DNA of 53,070 bases from Planctomycetota bacterium (GTDB lineage: Bacteria > Planctomycetota > GCA-002687715 > DRQF01). Under the pieces are notes generated by a model that worked only from the letters and a program-made list of their open reading frames with translations, ran no database searches and had not been told where the DNA came from. The position numbers were made by a program, and so were the translations under genes. Positions 26,522 to 37,269 of the stretch are shown one piece after another. The DNA lies in the NCBI GenBank assembly GCA_036479435.1, contig JAZGFI010000174.1, positions 1 through 53,070 of the forward strand. Direction: 5' to 3'. The stretch's first letter is position 1. Each line of letters opens with the position of its first letter.

Positions 26522-29500
26522 ATGACAACCACGACGATTCAGCCCTACCAGCCGAAACACCACGTGCGCTTGGTGACGGCCGCTTCGCTTTTTGACGGTC
26601 ACGATGCGGCGATCAATGTCATGCGTCGCATCCTCCAGTCGTCTGGAGCCGAAGTGATCCACTTGGGGCACAACCGCTCGGTTCAAGAAATTGTCGACTG
26701 CGCGATCCAAGAGGACGCGCAAGGCATCGCGATGACGAGCTACCAGGGCGGGCACGTTGAGTACCTGAAGTACATGTTCGACCTGCTGAAAGAGCGGGGG
26801 GCGAACATCAAGATTTTCGCCGGGGGCGGCGGCACAATCTTGCCGGCCGAGGTCGCCGAACTCGAAGAGCACGGGATAGAGAAGATCTACTCCCCTGACG
26901 ACGGTCGCAGCATGGGCCTCCAGGGAATGATCAATGATCTTTTGGAACGCTGTGACTTTCCGACCCGCACGCCGCCCTTGAACGGCGAGCTTGGTCGTCT
27001 GAGTTCAAAAGACCCCCAGGTCATCGCGCAGATGGTGTCTTTGAGCGAGAACTTTCCCGAAGTCGCTGAACAAATCGACTCGAGCCTGAAGCCGATTCTC
27101 GCCAACTGTCAGGTTCCGGTCTTGGGCATCACCGGGACTGGGGGCTCGGGTAAGAGCTCTTTGGTCGATGAACTCGTCCGCCGATTTTTGGTCGACTTTG
27201 AAAACAAGACCCTCGCGATCATCTCGGTAGATCCCTCGAAACGAAAAACCGGAGGCGCGCTTTTGGGCGATCGCATTCGGATGAACGCGATCAACAACCC
27301 CCGGGTCTACATGCGTTCGTTGGCGACGCGACAGGCGAATTTGGCCTTGAGCCGCTACGTGCAGAGCTCGATCGATATCTGCAAAGCCGCGGGCTACGAT
27401 CTCATCATCGTTGAGACCTCGGGCATCGGTCAGTCGGACACAGAGATCACCGCGCACTCCGATGTTTCTTTGTACGTCATGACCTCGGAGTACGGGGCCG
27501 CCACCCAGCTCGAAAAGATCGACATGCTGGATTTTGCGGACCTCATTGCGATCAACAAGTTCGACAAGCCGGGCTCGCTGGACGCGATGCGGGACGTCAA
27601 AAAACAGTACCGCCGTAACCACCAGATGTTCGAAGCGGCAGAAGAAGAGATTCCCGTTTACGGGACCATTGCTTCGCAGTTCAACGACCCGGGCATGAAC
27701 CTTTTATATCGCAAGGTCATGGAAGCCATAGCCGCCAAGACCGACGCTGCGTTTCAGCCGCAACCATCGGCAGGTGCCCGCGAGGATGAGGGCGAGAGCG
27801 AAAAGACCTTCATCATTCCGGCCGAGCGCGTGCGCTATTTGGCTGAAATCGCCGAAGCTGATGGCCGCGACCGCGAGTTCATCGAAGCGCAGGTTTCGCT
27901 CGCCCGCCGCCTGTTTCAACTGCAGGGAGCGATTGAGTCGCTAAGAGACTCCGCCCGCAAAAGGCGCCCGGGCGAGGCGACGGGAGAGCCGGCCGGAAAA
28001 GTCTGCGCGCCCGAACTGCCGGCTCAAGATGGCGACAGTTCCACTTTGACGGAGCTCATCGCACACTACGGCGAACTTCGGGGACGCCTGGATTTTGACT
28101 GCTGTCAACGCCTGCAAGCCTGGCCGGCCCTCTACGCAAGATACCGTGCCGAGACTTACCAGTTCAAAGTCCGCGATCGGACGATCGAGCTGGACTTGTT
28201 CTCGACCACGCTATCTGGAACCTCAATCCCGCGCGTTGCCTTGCCCACCTATGAGGATTGGGGCGAGGTCTTGCGCTGGCTGCTGCGCGAGAACGTTCCC
28301 GGCGACTATCCCTATACGGCCGGGGTTTTTCCGCTCAAACGCCAAGGCGAAGATCCGGCGCGGATGTTTGCGGGTGAAGGCGGGCCAGAGCGAACCAACC
28401 GTCGCTTTCACTACGTCAGCCGAGGCATGCCGGCAAAGCGGCTTTCGACGGCTTTCGATTCGGTAACGCTTTACGGCGAAGACCCCGACCATCGGCCCGA
28501 CATCTACGGGAAAATCGGCAACTCCGGCGTCAGCATCGCGACCTTGGATGACGCCAAGAAACTCTATTCCGGCTTTGATCTAGCCGATCCTGCAACCAGC
28601 GTCTCGATGACGATCAATGGCCCGGCCCCGATGTTGCTCGGGTTTTTCATGAACGCGGCCATCGATCAGCAATGCGAACGGCATCTGGCGGAGACGGGGA
28701 AACTCAAAGAAGCCGACAAAAAGATCGACGAGATCTATGCGGCCCGCGGACTGGAGCGGCCGCGCTACCAAGGTGATTTGCCCGCGGGTCATGACGGACT
28801 TGGTTTGGCTTTGCTGGGCGTTTGTGGCGATGAAGTCTTACCCGCCGAGGTCTACGCAAAGATCGCCGAGGAGACTCTACGCAAAGTGCGTGGCACCGTG
28901 CAGGCCGACATCTTGAAAGAAGACCAGGCCCAAAACACCTGCATCTTCTCCACCGAGTTCGCCCTGCGGATGATGGGTGATATTCAGGAGTCCTTTATTC
29001 GCCGCGGCGTGCGAAACTTCTATTCAGTGTCGATCTCGGGATACCACATCGCCGAAGCCGGTGCGAACCCCATCACGCAGCTCGCCTTCACTCTCGCCAA
29101 TGGCTTCACCTTCGTTGAGTACTACTTGTCGCGCGGTATGCATATCGACGAATTCGCGCCGAACTTGTCGTTTTTCTTCTCGAACGGTCTCGACGCTGAA
29201 TACTCGGTGATCGGGCGCGTGGCGCGACGAATTTGGTCCAAAGCCGTCAAGAACAAGTATGGCGGCAACGAGCGCAGCCAGAAACTCAAGTATCACATTC
29301 AAACTTCAGGGCGCAGTCTTCACGCGCAGGAAATCGCTTTCAACGACATCCGCACGACGCTGCAGGCTTTGTCGGCGCTCTTTGACAACTGCAACTCTCT
29401 GCACACAAACGCCTACGACGAAGCCATCACGACGCCGACCGAGGAAAGCGTTCGACGTGCCCTAGCGATTCAGCTGGTCATCAACAAAGAGCTGGGACTC

Positions 29501-29989
29501 TCCAAAAATGAGAATCCCATCCAAGGCAGTTTCATCATCGAAGAGCTGACGGATCTTGTCGAAGACGCGGTGATGGAGGAATTCAAGAGCATCTCCGCCC
29601 GTGGGGGCGTGCTCGGTGCGATGGAGCGGATGTACCAACGCAGCAAGATTCAAGAAGAGTCTCACTACTACGAGTCCCTTAAGCACAATGGCGAGCTGCC
29701 CATCATTGGCGTCAACACTTTCCTCGACGACGATGGGTCACCGACGGTTCTCCCCGATGAGGTCATCCGTTCGACGCCTAAAGAACAAGAATATGCGATT
29801 GAGTCTTTGCATGCCTTTCAAGCTCGCAACGAAGGCCGAACGCAGCCGGCGTTGTCGAAATTGAAGGAAACCGCCGCTCAAAACGGCAACGTCTTCGACT
29901 CCCTCCTAGAGGCGACCAAGGTCGCAAGCCTGGGCCAGATCTCCGGAGCGCTTTATTCCGTTGGCGGTCAGTACCGCCGCAACATGTGA
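26522..29989 (+). CDS. icmF: Fused isobutyryl-CoA mutase / MeaI GTPase
   Basis: N-terminal B12 domain FDGHD, GTPase motifs [15 protein letters not shown] and NKFD, mutase barrel with RMFAGEG, ending GGQYRRNM. Confidence 0.95.
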   Translation: MTTTTIQPYQPKHHVRLVTAASLFDGHDAAINVMRRILQSSGAEVIHLGHNRSVQEIVDCAIQEDAQGIAMTSYQGGHVEYLKYMFDLLKERGANIKIFAGGGGTILPAEVAELEEHGIEKIYSPDDGRSMGLQGMINDLLERCDFPTRTPPLNGELGRLSSKDPQVIAQMVSLSENFPEVAEQIDSSLKPILANCQVPVLGITGTGGSGKSSLVDELVRRFLVDFENKTLAIISVDPSKRKTGGALLGDRIRMNAINNPRVYMRSLATRQANLALSRYVQSSIDICKAAGYDLIIVETSGIGQSDTEITAHSDVSLYVMTSEYGAATQLEKIDMLDFADLIAINKFDKPGSLDAMRDVKKQYRRNHQMFEAAEEEIPVYGTIASQFNDPGMNLLYRKVMEAIAAKTDAAFQPQPSAGAREDEGESEKTFIIPAERVRYLAEIAEADGRDREFIEAQVSLARRLFQLQGAIESLRDSARKRRPGEATGEPAGKVCAPELPAQDGDSSTLTELIAHYGELRGRLDFDCCQRLQAWPALYARYRAETYQFKVRDRTIELDLFSTTLSGTSIPRVALPTYEDWGEVLRWLLRENVPGDYPYTAGVFPLKRQGEDPARMFAGEGGPERTNRRFHYVSRGMPAKRLSTAFDSVTLYGEDPDHRPDIYGKIGNSGVSIATLDDAKKLYSGFDLADPATSVSMTINGPAPMLLGFFMNAAIDQQCERHLAETGKLKEADKKIDEIYAARGLERPRYQGDLPAGHDGLGLALLGVCGDEVLPAEVYAKIAEETLRKVRGTVQADILKEDQAQNTCIFSTEFALRMMGDIQESFIRRGVRNFYSVSISGYHIAEAGANPITQLAFTLANGFTFVEYYLSRGMHIDEFAPNLSFFFSNGLDAEYSVIGRVARRIWSKAVKNKYGGNERSQKLKYHIQTSGRSLHAQEIAFNDIRTTLQALSALFDNCNSLHTNAYDEAITTPTEESVRRALAIQLVINKELGLSKNENPIQGSFIIEELTDLVEDAVMEEFKSISARGGVLGAMERMYQRSKIQEESHYYESLKHNGELPIIGVNTFLDDDGSPTVLPDEVIRSTPKEQEYAIESLHAFQARNEGRTQPALSKLKETAAQNGNVFDSLLEATKVASLGQISGALYSVGGQYRRNM

Positions 29990-32094
29990 GGCAATTCGTG
30001 GCCACCGAGTTTGATCCAGTGAGCTATGAGGACTGGCGCAGGGGTGTGGAGCAAGAGCTAAAGGGTGCCGATTTTGAACGCACGCTTTGCCGAGTGACCG
30101 CCGAAGGGTTAGTCCGGCAACCTCTTTACACCGAAGCTGAGCTGTTGTCATCAGCGGCTCCGGGCCAGCCTCCCTACTTGCGGGGCAGCGCCCAGGGGAC
30201 GGAAAAAAAACCCTGGAAGATTTGCCAGCGCTACGCAGAATTTGGTCCGCGCCGTCTCAACGCGGCGATGCGTTTTGACCAAGAAGGCGGTAGTGATGCG
30301 TTCTTCTTCGCCTCGGACTATTGGGTGCGTTGTGGGGAAGCGCCGCGTGATGACGGCGCTGGACCTGCCGCTCGCGGCGTGGGGCTCTACACCACCGACG
30401 ATTTTGAGATCGCTTTTGAGGGCGTTGACCTCAACGGAGATACGACCCTCGTTTTTGAACCCGGGGCCAACGCTTTGCCCCTGGCCACATTGATTTGCGC
30501 TTACGCCGGCGAGCGAGGTCTCGATCCGGTCGAGCTAAACGTTCGTTTCGGAGCCGACCCCCTCGGTGCTTTGGGATTGGATGGCTGCCTCCCCGTAGAT
30601 CTTGGCGCCAGTTACCGCGAGACGGCAACCCTGGCCAAGCTATCTCAGAAAAGGTGGCCGAAGTCCCATTCGATCCGAGTTTCGTCGCGATCGTATTTTG
30701 AGGCCGGCGCCCACAGCGTTCAGGAGCTTGGTGCCTTGACGGCGACTTTGGTTGAGAACCTTCGCCGTTTGGAAAAGCTGGGCCTCACAATCGAAGAAAT
30801 TGCGGCGGAAACCGAGTTGGCGCTTTCGCTGGGCAACGACGTTTTCGGCGGCATCGCGAAACTGCGAGCTGCGCGCTGGTTGTGGAGTCGGGTGCTTAAG
30901 GCTTGCGGGGTCGAGAATCCACCGCCACCGTTTTTGCACGCCGAATCGGCGCGCCGTGGTCTCGCCAAGGTCGATCCTTGGGTCAACATCCTTCGCGTAT
31001 CGGGTTGCACTTTTGCCGCCATCCTCGGCGGTGCGAACAGCATCACCGCTCGAACTTTTGACGGCCAGATCCAAGATCCGAGCGAACTTGGCCGACGCAT
31101 TGCGCGGAACACGCAACATATCCTCGCGGAGGAGTGTGGGCTGGGCGAAGTCATTGATCCGGCGGGTGGCTCTTTCTACTTGGAGTCTTGGACCCTTAAG
31201 CTCGCCCGGGCGGCATGGGACTTTTTCCTCAAGATCGAAGCGCGCGGGGGCATGAGCGAGGCGATCCTGCAGGGATTTATCCGGGAACAAATTGAAGAGA
31301 GCGCGACGCAACGTAAAGAGGCGGTCGCGTCACGCAAAAAGCCTTTGACTGGCGTCAGTGAGTTTCCGCCTCAAGAAGAGGCCCGGGCGGCTGAGGAGAA
31401 TCGTACTTTTGAACCCCGGCCCAGCGAGCGGCACAATATCCGCGAGGCGGCGCGGCAAGAGATCCTGGCGGCGGATGAAAATTCCAAGTCTGGTCCAGAT
31501 CTAAAGCCGGACTTCGACGGGCTGGTACAACTGGCGCAACAAGGGGCTAACCTCTTCGAATTGGGGCATGCAATCCGTGGATCTAAGCCAGCGCTGAAGC
31601 TGGCACCGGGATTGACTTTGGAACGCGATGCCGAGGTGTTTGAACAACTGCGGGTGCGAGCCCGCGAAGTTGACGCCACGCCTTCGGTTTTTGTCATCAA
31701 CTTGGGCGCCCTTCGTGAGCACAACGCCCGGACGCAGTTTGCCACCGACTTCTTCGCCGTGGCGGGCTTGCAAGTCAACTTGTCTCCCAGTTTCGTCACC
31801 GACGATCCAAAGGACTTGCTAAAGAGCGTGGCGGCGGAATTTGTGAAGACGCCTTCGCCGGTCGTTTGTCTGTGCGCAAACGATGAAACCTACGCTGACG
31901 CGGCGGCACCGGTCGTGGCTGCTTTGCGCACCAGCGGGGTGACCAAGGTGTATTGCTGCGGTCGACCCAACGCGGCTCTGGGGAGATTCGCAGCGGCGTC
32001 TGCGGTTGAATTTCTTGGCCGTGGTGTCGACATCGTTGCCACCCTCGGTGACGTTCTCGATCAATTCAACGCGGCGGAAGAGACCGAAGCATGA
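29986..32094 (+). CDS. mutA: Methylmalonyl-CoA mutase small (non-catalytic) subunit
   Basis: Mutase-like ([32 protein letters not shown]) but lacks DxHxxG. Its GTG start overlaps the icmF stop. Confidence 0.88.
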   Translation: MRQFVATEFDPVSYEDWRRGVEQELKGADFERTLCRVTAEGLVRQPLYTEAELLSSAAPGQPPYLRGSAQGTEKKPWKICQRYAEFGPRRLNAAMRFDQEGGSDAFFFASDYWVRCGEAPRDDGAGPAARGVGLYTTDDFEIAFEGVDLNGDTTLVFEPGANALPLATLICAYAGERGLDPVELNVRFGADPLGALGLDGCLPVDLGASYRETATLAKLSQKRWPKSHSIRVSSRSYFEAGAHSVQELGALTATLVENLRRLEKLGLTIEEIAAETELALSLGNDVFGGIAKLRAARWLWSRVLKACGVENPPPPFLHAESARRGLAKVDPWVNILRVSGCTFAAILGGANSITARTFDGQIQDPSELGRRIARNTQHILAEECGLGEVIDPAGGSFYLESWTLKLARAAWDFFLKIEARGGMSEAILQGFIREQIEESATQRKEAVASRKKPLTGVSEFPPQEEARAAEENRTFEPRPSERHNIREAARQEILAADENSKSGPDLKPDFDGLVQLAQQGANLFELGHAIRGSKPALKLAPGLTLERDAEVFEQLRVRAREVDATPSVFVINLGALREHNARTQFATDFFAVAGLQVNLSPSFVTDDPKDLLKSVAAEFVKTPSPVVCLCANDETYADAAAPVVAALRTSGVTKVYCCGRPNAALGRFAAASAVEFLGRGVDIVATLGDVLDQFNAAEETEA

Positions 32095-34256
32095 CGCGCG
32101 TTCCCAACTTCAGTGACCTGAGTTTTGAGGATACTCCGCCCCCGGTGTCGGCCACTGACACCGCCTCTACGGAAGCGGCGGTGCCGCTGCGGATGACTCC
32201 CGAGGGGATCACACTCAAAACCTTCTTTGAAGCAGAGGACTGCGCCGACTTCCAGGCCGCGTCCAGTATGCCCGGTCGAGCGCCTTATCTGCGCGGCCCT
32301 TACTCGACGATGTACCTGCGTCGCCCCTGGACCATTCGCCAGTACGCCGGGTTTTCGACGGCGGAGAAATCCAACGCTTTTTACCGCCGCAATCTGGCGG
32401 CGGGCCAAAAGGGGCTCTCCATTGCCTTCGATCTCGCGACTCACCGCGGCTATGACTCCGATCACGAACGCGTCGTCGGTGATGTGGGTATGGCGGGGGT
32501 TGCCATCGATTCCATTTTGGACATGCAGATTCTCTTTGAGGGGATTCCCCTCGATCAGATGAGCGTGTCGATGACGATGAATGGGGCGGTCTTGCCGGTG
32601 TTGGCGCTCTACATTGTGGCCGCCGAAGAGCAGGGTGTCGCCCAAGAGAAACTCGTGGGCACGATCCAAAATGACGTGCTGAAAGAGTTCATGGTGCGAA
32701 ATACCTACATCTATCCGCCGGCACCCTCGATGCGTATCATTGCCGACATTTTTCGCTACACCTCGGAGCGGATGCCGAAGTTCAACAGCATTTCCATCTC
32801 CGGCTATCACATGCAAGAAGCGGGAGCGACGGCCGACATTGAGTTGGGCTTTACGCTCGCGGATGGTTTGGAGTACGTCCGCACGGGTGTCGCCTCCGGA
32901 TTGGATGTCGACGCTTTTGCGCCGCGCCTGAGTTTCTTTTTTGCGACGGGCATGAACTTCTTCATGGAAGTCGCGAAGTTGCGCGCCGCACGTTTGCTGT
33001 GGGCTCGCCTCATGCAGGAGTTCAAGCCCAACAATCCCAAGTCGTCCATGCTGCGGACGCACTGTCAGACTTCGGGTTGGTCGTTGACGGCTCAAGACGT
33101 CTTCAACAATGTTGTCCGCACTCACGTCGAAGCCTTGGCGGCAACTCAAGGGCACACCCAGTCGCTGCACACCAACTCCCTCGATGAAGCACTGGCGCTG
33201 CCCAGCGATTTCTCGGCCCGCATCGCCAGGAACACTCAGATCCAAATTCAGCAAGAGTCGGGCACTTGTGATGTCGTCGATCCTTGGGGCGGCAGCTATT
33301 ATGTTGAATATCTAACCGCGCAGCTGGTTGACCGAGCCCAAGCTCACCTCGACGAGATCGCATCACACGGTGGCATGGTTAAGGCCATCGAGATGGGATT
33401 GCCAAAGTTGCGGATCGAAGAAGCCGCGGCTCGCACTCAGGCCCGGATCGACTCTGGGCGCCAAACCATCGTCGGCGTGAACGCTTGGCGACCGACCTCG
33501 ACTGAATCCGACGAAATCGACGTTTTGTCGGTGGACAACAAGTCCGTCCGCGAAGCTCAGATCGCTAGGCTTGAGCTTCTGCGAGCCAGTCGCGACGACA
33601 AAGCCGTTCAAACCGCATTGGACGCGCTGACTGCGGCGGGCGAATCTGGCGACGGCAACCTGTTGGCTTTGAGTATCGATGCCGCCCGTGCGCGCGCGAC
33701 CGTCGGTGAAATCTCCTACGCTTTGGAAAAGTGCTGGGGCCGTCATCAGGCCACGATTCGGACTGTGCAGGGAGTTTACCGGGGCGAAATGGGCGAAGCC
33801 GACCAAAACATCTTGGAAGTACGCCGCCGCATCGAGGTTTTCGCAGAGCGCGAAGGGCGTCGCCCGCGCATCCTCATCGCCAAGATGGGGCAAGACGGTC
33901 ATGACCGCGGCCAAAAGATCATCGCGACGGCCTTCGCCGATCTCGGCTTTGACGTCGACATTGGTTCGCTGTTCCAAACGCCCAAGGAAACTGCGCGTCA
34001 GGCCGTCGAAAACGATGTTCACATGGTTGGCGTTTCCTCGCTTGCAGCGGGTCATCTCACTCTCGTCCCCGCTCTGCAGGAAGAGCTCAAGGCTCAGGGC
34101 GGCGAGGGTATCTTGATTATCGTGGGTGGCGTGATTCCGCCCCAAGACTACGGTGCGCTGTACCAAGCCGGCGCGGCGGCCGTGTTCGGGCCCGGAACGG
34201 TGATCTCCGAGGCGGCGATCCAACTGCTCGATCGTCTCGAGCGCGATCTACCGTGA
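32091..34256 (+). CDS. scpA: Methylmalonyl-CoA mutase large subunit
   Basis: [23 protein letters not shown] and [10 protein letters not shown] (B12 His). Confidence 0.96.
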   Translation: MTRVPNFSDLSFEDTPPPVSATDTASTEAAVPLRMTPEGITLKTFFEAEDCADFQAASSMPGRAPYLRGPYSTMYLRRPWTIRQYAGFSTAEKSNAFYRRNLAAGQKGLSIAFDLATHRGYDSDHERVVGDVGMAGVAIDSILDMQILFEGIPLDQMSVSMTMNGAVLPVLALYIVAAEEQGVAQEKLVGTIQNDVLKEFMVRNTYIYPPAPSMRIIADIFRYTSERMPKFNSISISGYHMQEAGATADIELGFTLADGLEYVRTGVASGLDVDAFAPRLSFFFATGMNFFMEVAKLRAARLLWARLMQEFKPNNPKSSMLRTHCQTSGWSLTAQDVFNNVVRTHVEALAATQGHTQSLHTNSLDEALALPSDFSARIARNTQIQIQQESGTCDVVDPWGGSYYVEYLTAQLVDRAQAHLDEIASHGGMVKAIEMGLPKLRIEEAAARTQARIDSGRQTIVGVNAWRPTSTESDEIDVLSVDNKSVREAQIARLELLRASRDDKAVQTALDALTAAGESGDGNLLALSIDAARARATVGEISYALEKCWGRHQATIRTVQGVYRGEMGEADQNILEVRRRIEVFAEREGRRPRILIAKMGQDGHDRGQKIIATAFADLGFDVDIGSLFQTPKETARQAVENDVHMVGVSSLAAGHLTLVPALQEELKAQGGEGILIIVGGVIPPQDYGALYQAGAAAVFGPGTVISEAAIQLLDRLERDLP

Positions 34257-35257
34257 GTTCAGACTCTGCCGTTGACGTTGAAGCCCTAGCTCAAGGCATT
34301 TTGGCCGGGCAGCGGGCGGCGCTCGCCAAGGCGATAACCCTAGTGGAAAGTACACGGCCGGAAGCCGCCGAGCGGGGTTGGCAGCTTTTGGAACGCGTCC
34401 TCCCTCACACCGGCAAGAGTCTGCGGATTGGCGTGACCGGCGTTCCGGGCGTGGGTAAGAGTACCTTCATTGAAGCTTTTGGGCTGATGTTGATCGAGCG
34501 CGGCCACCGCGTCGCTGTTTTGGCGGTGGACCCTTCGAGCCGGATTTCTGGCGGCAGTATCCTCGGTGATAAGGCGCGCATGTCTAAGCTGGCCCAAAGC
34601 GATGAGGCCTACATCCGACCCTCGCCCAATGCCACGACCTTGGGCGGCGTCGCGCGGCGCACCCGCGAAGCGCTCTTGTTGGTCGAAGCCGCAGGATTTG
34701 ACGTCGTGCTCGTCGAAACCGTTGGGGTCGGTCAGTCTGAGATCAGTGTTTGCGACATGACGGATTTTTTCTTGGTGCTCATGCTTCCGGGGGCGGGGGA
34801 TGAACTTCAGGGCATCAAAAAGGGCATCATCGAGCTCGCCGACCTCATTGCCGTCAACAAGGCCGATGGCGGCACCAAAATCGCCGCCGAGGCCGCTTGT
34901 GCCGAGTACGCGGCGGCTTTGAGCTACTTAAGACCGCAGCACGAAGACTGGCAACCGCGGGCGCTTTGCGTCTCGTCGCTCAAAAAGCGGGGGCTCGATG
35001 CGATTTGGGATGCGGTCTTGGGCCAGCGGAAGGCGCTGAAGGCGAGGGGACGATTTGAAACTCGCCGCCAAGAACAACGCCGAACTTGGTTTTGGGCGGA
35101 ACTCGACGCCGGCCTTCGCGCCAGCTTTCTCGGTCGCCGGGGATTCAAAGACGAGGTTGATGAAGTGGAAGGCGAGGTTGTAAACGGAAGCCTATCGCCA
35201 TCCCGCGCGGCCAGGAGGCTTCTCTCAAGTTTTTGGGGCGGGCAAGACTTAACCTAA
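34253..35257 (+). CDS. meaB: MCM-associated GTPase
   Basis: [38 protein letters not shown]. Confidence 0.95.
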   Translation: MSSDSAVDVEALAQGILAGQRAALAKAITLVESTRPEAAERGWQLLERVLPHTGKSLRIGVTGVPGVGKSTFIEAFGLMLIERGHRVAVLAVDPSSRISGGSILGDKARMSKLAQSDEAYIRPSPNATTLGGVARRTREALLLVEAAGFDVVLVETVGVGQSEISVCDMTDFFLVLMLPGAGDELQGIKKGIIELADLIAVNKADGGTKIAAEAACAEYAAALSYLRPQHEDWQPRALCVSSLKKRGLDAIWDAVLGQRKALKARGRFETRRQEQRRTWFWAELDAGLRASFLGRRGFKDEVDEVEGEVVNGSLSPSRAARRLLSSFWGGQDLT

Positions 35258-35274
35258 GGCACGCGCTGACAGCC

Positions 35275-35904
35275 CTAAAGGCCGTCGTCGTCGGCCATGA
35301 AATGGTCGAGTTGTTTATCGAGCTCTTTGAGCCCCTTTGAGATCTTCTGCCGCGAGCAGACCTTGCCAACCGCCTTGTAGATTTTTCGAGCACTCATTTT
35401 TCGACAGTGCAGCTGGAAGATAAATCGATCGAAGGGCTTCAATTGCGCCAGGAAACGACCGTGGCGTTTTTCCATGTCGAACTGAGAAGCGGAGGTGGTC
35501 TTGACTCGATAATAGATGGCGCTCGCATCGCGTTCGTGCTGGGAGCGCTTTGTCTGCATGCGGCGACCGTTCTGGATGCAGTTGCTCGCCCAGGCGGACA
35601 AGCACTCATCTATGTCGTCACCTGTCTTTTCGTCTTGGATCTGGTGGAAACCCCGGCACTTGCCAGCAAATAGTTTTCCGAAAACCTCAGAGGAGAGATC
35701 GTCAAGGCGGTTTTCGTCTACCTTTTCTCGCCCTCGCGTTAGGACGTTCTCGCATTGCTCCCGAATGAAGTCCCTAACTCCGGCCCAGGCTTGGCTGTGG
35801 TCTTTGTCAGAATCTGGTCGGAGAGCGAGGGAGAGGTTTTCCAGGAAATTGTCGCCTTCTGCGCTCATTCGGGATCGGAGACTCGCGTTGCTGCCAAATT
35901 CCAT
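35275..35904 (-). CDS. Divergent ECF-type sigma-70 factor-like protein
   Basis: Region-2-like LDDLSSEVFGKLF...LSAWASNCIQNGRR and region-4-like LAQLKPFDRFIFQL...MSARKIYKAVG. The start could be 35868. Confidence 0.6.
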   Translation of the reverse strand: MEFGSNASLRSRMSAEGDNFLENLSLALRPDSDKDHSQAWAGVRDFIREQCENVLTRGREKVDENRLDDLSSEVFGKLFAGKCRGFHQIQDEKTGDDIDECLSAWASNCIQNGRRMQTKRSQHERDASAIYYRVKTTSASQFDMEKRHGRFLAQLKPFDRFIFQLHCRKMSARKIYKAVGKVCSRQKISKGLKELDKQLDHFMADDDGL

Positions 35905-36165
35905 AGTGTGAACTCGGCCAGATAGTGAACATCCTATTGAAGGAGACCACAACCCGCACTATTGCCGGACTTTTGATTTACCTGAAAAAAATCAGGAATC
36001 CCTTAACCAAACAGTTTTGGCGAGACAGTTAGGGTTGAGAGATGAAGGAAAGACACGACCTCGGTCTGGCTTCTTAGGCGGAGCCAAGCCAAGTAGAGAA
36101 AAGACCGGCCCCAGTTTTGGAAGTTCTGGGATGGCCTGTCTTTAGGGACGCATAGGGGCAATGTG

Positions 36166-36894
36166 ATGATGGATGAGCGGACCTGTCCGGACCTCGTTGC
36201 CCTGTGTAAGTGGTGCGACGAAGCGGCAGCTGAAAGAAAACAGGCTCTGACCGACCATGTCTACTCGTGCAGCTCCTGCACCGATCGCGTGGCGGTCTAC
36301 GTTTCTAACCAACCTACTCTGATTGCTGACTTGGTTCCGGCCCTCAAAGGGCCGGGGCTCGTGGTGGGCATTGTTCTGATGTCAGCGTTTGGGGCCGGGC
36401 TGTTGGGCTTGGTCGCGGGGACGGGCGGGGACGGCTTGGTGGATTCGGCTTCCGCACCGACGGAGGACGATGAAGAGGAAGTGGAAGACGAGGAAGTACT
36501 TCCGGTGCCCCTATGGGTCGATACGCATCCCTCGGTCTGGTCGACAGCCCTTCGTCAGGAGTTCCTCGCTAGCGGTTATGGGCGGAACGACGGAATCATG
36601 GCGTTTCTCTACGAGCAAGCGCTGGAGGACGCCAATACGGACATGGTCATCAGGGCCCTTTGCTTTCTCGACTCTTTCCCCAATTCGGTACAAGCGGACG
36701 GTAGTCCCTCGGTTCAAACGGTGGCCGTTATTGAGTACTTGAACTCATTCGAATTCGATCTACTGCAGAGCGTTGTCGAAGGAGGAAGCGAATCCTCTGA
36801 TAGGCTCCCGCCAGCGTCGGAAACCGGGCAATCGAAGTTGGATACGGGACTCGAATATCTTAATTCCTACCTTGACAGTGTGCGCCCAGAGTAG
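36166..36894 (+). CDS. Putative zinc-binding (zf-HC2) membrane anti-sigma factor
   Basis: N-terminal HVYSCSSC (HxxxCxxC), one TM helix, then an acidic extracytoplasmic part. Confidence 0.65.
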   Translation: MMDERTCPDLVALCKWCDEAAAERKQALTDHVYSCSSCTDRVAVYVSNQPTLIADLVPALKGPGLVVGIVLMSAFGAGLLGLVAGTGGDGLVDSASAPTEDDEEEVEDEEVLPVPLWVDTHPSVWSTALRQEFLASGYGRNDGIMAFLYEQALEDANTDMVIRALCFLDSFPNSVQADGSPSVQTVAVIEYLNSFEFDLLQSVVEGGSESSDRLPPASETGQSKLDTGLEYLNSYLDSVRPE

Positions 36895-36957
36895 GCTACT
36901 GCGAAGCGCCTCGGCGCGACGGTCCCGCCCCAATCCCTATGGAAAGAGAATACGCCC

Positions 36958-37182
36958 ATGGCTTGCGAAGCTGCCCCTGGAGTCGATCACTGTGTCACTT
37001 TGGATACGGATGCGGTCAGAGTTACCGTCAATGGAGTCGAGGTACCTTATACTGCGGTATCAGCTGGCGGCGGTAAGTACAAAATTACCGTCGCTGGAGC
37101 TAGCGTCACTTGCCCCGGTCCCTTGGTCATTAAGGATGCCGCTGGAAAAGTCCTTCAAAAATGTGAAGTCAAACCCTGTTGA
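36958..37182 (+). CDS. Small Cys-rich beta-strand protein (74 aa)
   Basis: Protein-like composition (VTVNGVEVPY, KYKITV), 5 Cys, purine-rich upstream sequence, followed directly by a terminator. Confidence 0.55.
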   Translation: MACEAAPGVDHCVTLDTDAVRVTVNGVEVPYTAVSAGGGKYKITVAGASVTCPGPLVIKDAAGKVLQKCEVKPC

Positions 37183-37207
37183 GTCGTTCCGTCAGCAATT
37201 GACTCAC

Positions 37208-37247
37208 GAAAAAGCGCCGTCAACCAAAAGGTTGACGGCGCTTTTTC
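37208..37247. terminator. Bidirectional intrinsic terminator
   Basis: Perfect 18-bp inverted repeat GAAAAAGCGCCGTCAACC-aaaa-GGTTGACGGCGCTTTTTC between convergent genes. Confidence 0.92.
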
Positions 37248-37269
37248 CTTGGCCCGAAGTCGGCCTGGT

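Noticed and set aside
32061..34223. Long - strand ORFs (397 and 286 aa)
   Set aside because: Antisense shadows of the methylmalonyl-CoA mutase gene, typical of GC-rich codon bias.
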